From an uncultured Actinomycetes bacterium (GTDB lineage: Bacteria > Actinomycetota > Thermoleophilia > UBA2241), in assembly GCA_963709345.1 (NCBI GenBank), contig CAVPVX010000007.1, forward strand, positions 288,001 to 352,000: a stretch of DNA of 64,000 nt, written 5' to 3'. Positions 62,478 to 64,000 of this stretch are shown here, piece after piece. Position 1 is the first letter of the stretch. The number at the start of each line of letters is the position of its first letter. The notes under the pieces are model-generated. The model did not search any database. It saw nothing but the letters and a program-made list of their open reading frames with translations, and was not told the DNA's origin. Both the position numbers and the translations under genes were made by a program.

Positions 62478-63878
62478 TCAGGAGACGGCAGGACCTCGGC
62501 GCGTCCGCTCCGCGAACGCCTCGACCGAGCGCACCGGCAGGTCGAGCACATCCGTGATGGTGAACTTGGCCTCGATCGCCAGCGCGTCGGCGGTCGTCGC
62601 CGTGTCCTCGCTGGGGATCGTCCCCAGCCCGAGCTCACGTCGCACGTCCCACATGACCACCGGGTCGCTCAGATCTCCCGGCTCCACGCCGAGCTTGTCC
62701 GCCACGGCCGCCTTGGCCTCGGGGAGTCGCATCCTTCGCGTCAGCTGCATGCGGGCCACCAGATCTCCGGCGGTCCGCAGTCCGCCCATACCCGACGCGA
62801 CACCATGCCCTATCCCTTGGCTGTGGTTGTCGCCGGCTCCTATCTACAAACCGTCCAGCCGCAGGATGTCGACGCAGGCGCGCGAGGCGCGCGAGACGGC
62901 ATCGACCGGCGGCAGCGCGTGCATGGGCACGCCGCCGACGCCCATGCCGCCGTTCATGTGTACGGGGATCTCGGCGGCGCGGGAACACGGCTTGACGATG
63001 GTGCAGGCGCGCGCGACGTTCCAGGCGACCGACTTGCCGGTGTTGACGTTGACGGCCGGACCGAAGACCGAGGCGCCGGCCTGCGCCGCCAGGCGCATCT
63101 GCGCCTCGGGCCAGAGCCCGGCCAGCCGTACGCCCTCGTACTCGAGCTCGCCGTGCATGCCGAGGACGAACTCGCTCGCCATGCCGATCTGGATGCCCCA
63201 GTCCGGGTATTTCGCGCGGATCCGCTCGATGGCGCGCAGCGCCGCCAGGAAGTCGGCGTCGCCCGCGGCGCCGGCGGTGTCGAGGTTGATGCCGTCGGCG
63301 CCCGCCTCGTACATGCCCTCGGCGACGTAGACGATGTCGTCGACGGCCAGCTCGACGGCCGCCTCCTGGGCAGCGCGGGCGTCGTCGATCCTGCCCAGCG
63401 GCAGTAGCCGCGACCAGTTGGGCACCGGCCCGTCGGGTTCCGTGTAGCGCCCGAGGTCCGGCATGGCGCCGTAGTTGCACGGAATAGTCAGCAGGAGTTG
63501 CGCCCGGCGCATCGTCGCCTGCTCGAAGGGCAGCACCGGCTTGATCGGCTTGAAGGAGTAGTCGTGATGGTAGAGCTCGACGGTGTCGGTGCAGACTGTC
63601 TGCTCGTAGTTCTGCAGGTCGTTGATGCGTGAGCCGGCGTCCTGGCTGCCGACGCCGTCCGAGGTGAGCACCACCTCGTCGCCGATGTCGACGGCGGTGA
63701 ACCGCGCGGGGCTGGCGAAGATGTCGACCAGGTGGCCGAGCTCACCCTCGTCGAGCGGCTCGACCTTGGCTCGCCGGACGGCCGCCTCCGTGCCGTCGCG
63801 TACCTCGGCTTCGATGCCGGCACGGCTCATCCGCACCAGCGAGCCGTCGCCCATCCGTGTCGGGATGACGCTGTCCAT
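62478..63878 (-). CDS. mtbB: MtbB-family copy 5, in-frame TAG (Pyl) at 62844-62846 (codon 345)
   Basis: IPTRMGDG...LRLDGL-TAG-IGAGDNHSQG...GLRTAGDLVARMQ. Confidence 0.92.
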
Positions 63879-64000
63879 GACTCCTCCAGTCAACCGCCTT
63901 GCCGAAGCCCGTCGGAGCCCCCTCGGGGTCACCGTGAGCTCTCACCCCGGGCCTGTCCGAGGCTACACTCCGCGAGCGCGCCTGTCATGAACGCATCATT

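Overview
This is a high-GC bacterial chromosome segment; an anaerobic actinobacterium-like host is inferred, not proven. (1) 1-6.7 kb holds housekeeping genes: ppk1 5' part, NifU-like, Rrf2, peptidase, rhomboid, thioesterase and a class III aminotransferase. (2) 7-32.5 kb is a large [FeFe]-hydrogenase island: a Rex-DRTGG fusion, a kinase/PHP regulatory cassette, two multimeric hydrogenases (one with a HydB-GltD fusion), a sensory hydrogenase-histidine kinase phosphorelay and hydG/aspA/hydF/hydE. (3) 32.6-46.9 kb has tRNAs, a photolyase, a decayed hdrC/hdrB/hypF locus and an aldolase. (4) 46.9-64 kb is a methylamine methyltransferase region. Five MtbB-family genes and one MttB gene are each interrupted by an in-frame TAG exactly at the known pyrrolysine position, next to two non-Pyl MttB-like genes, one corrinoid protein, a TetR regulator and an ABC transporter. 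The main observation is a candidate amber-recoding signal. All six internal ambers are followed about 60-95 nt downstream by an AGNN-loop hairpin, which shows compensatory synonymous changes among the mtbB copies. Five of the six are preceded by GG(G/T)-TTG. Neighbouring genes still use TAG as an ordinary stop without that 5' context. No pylTSBCD genes are visible in the window.
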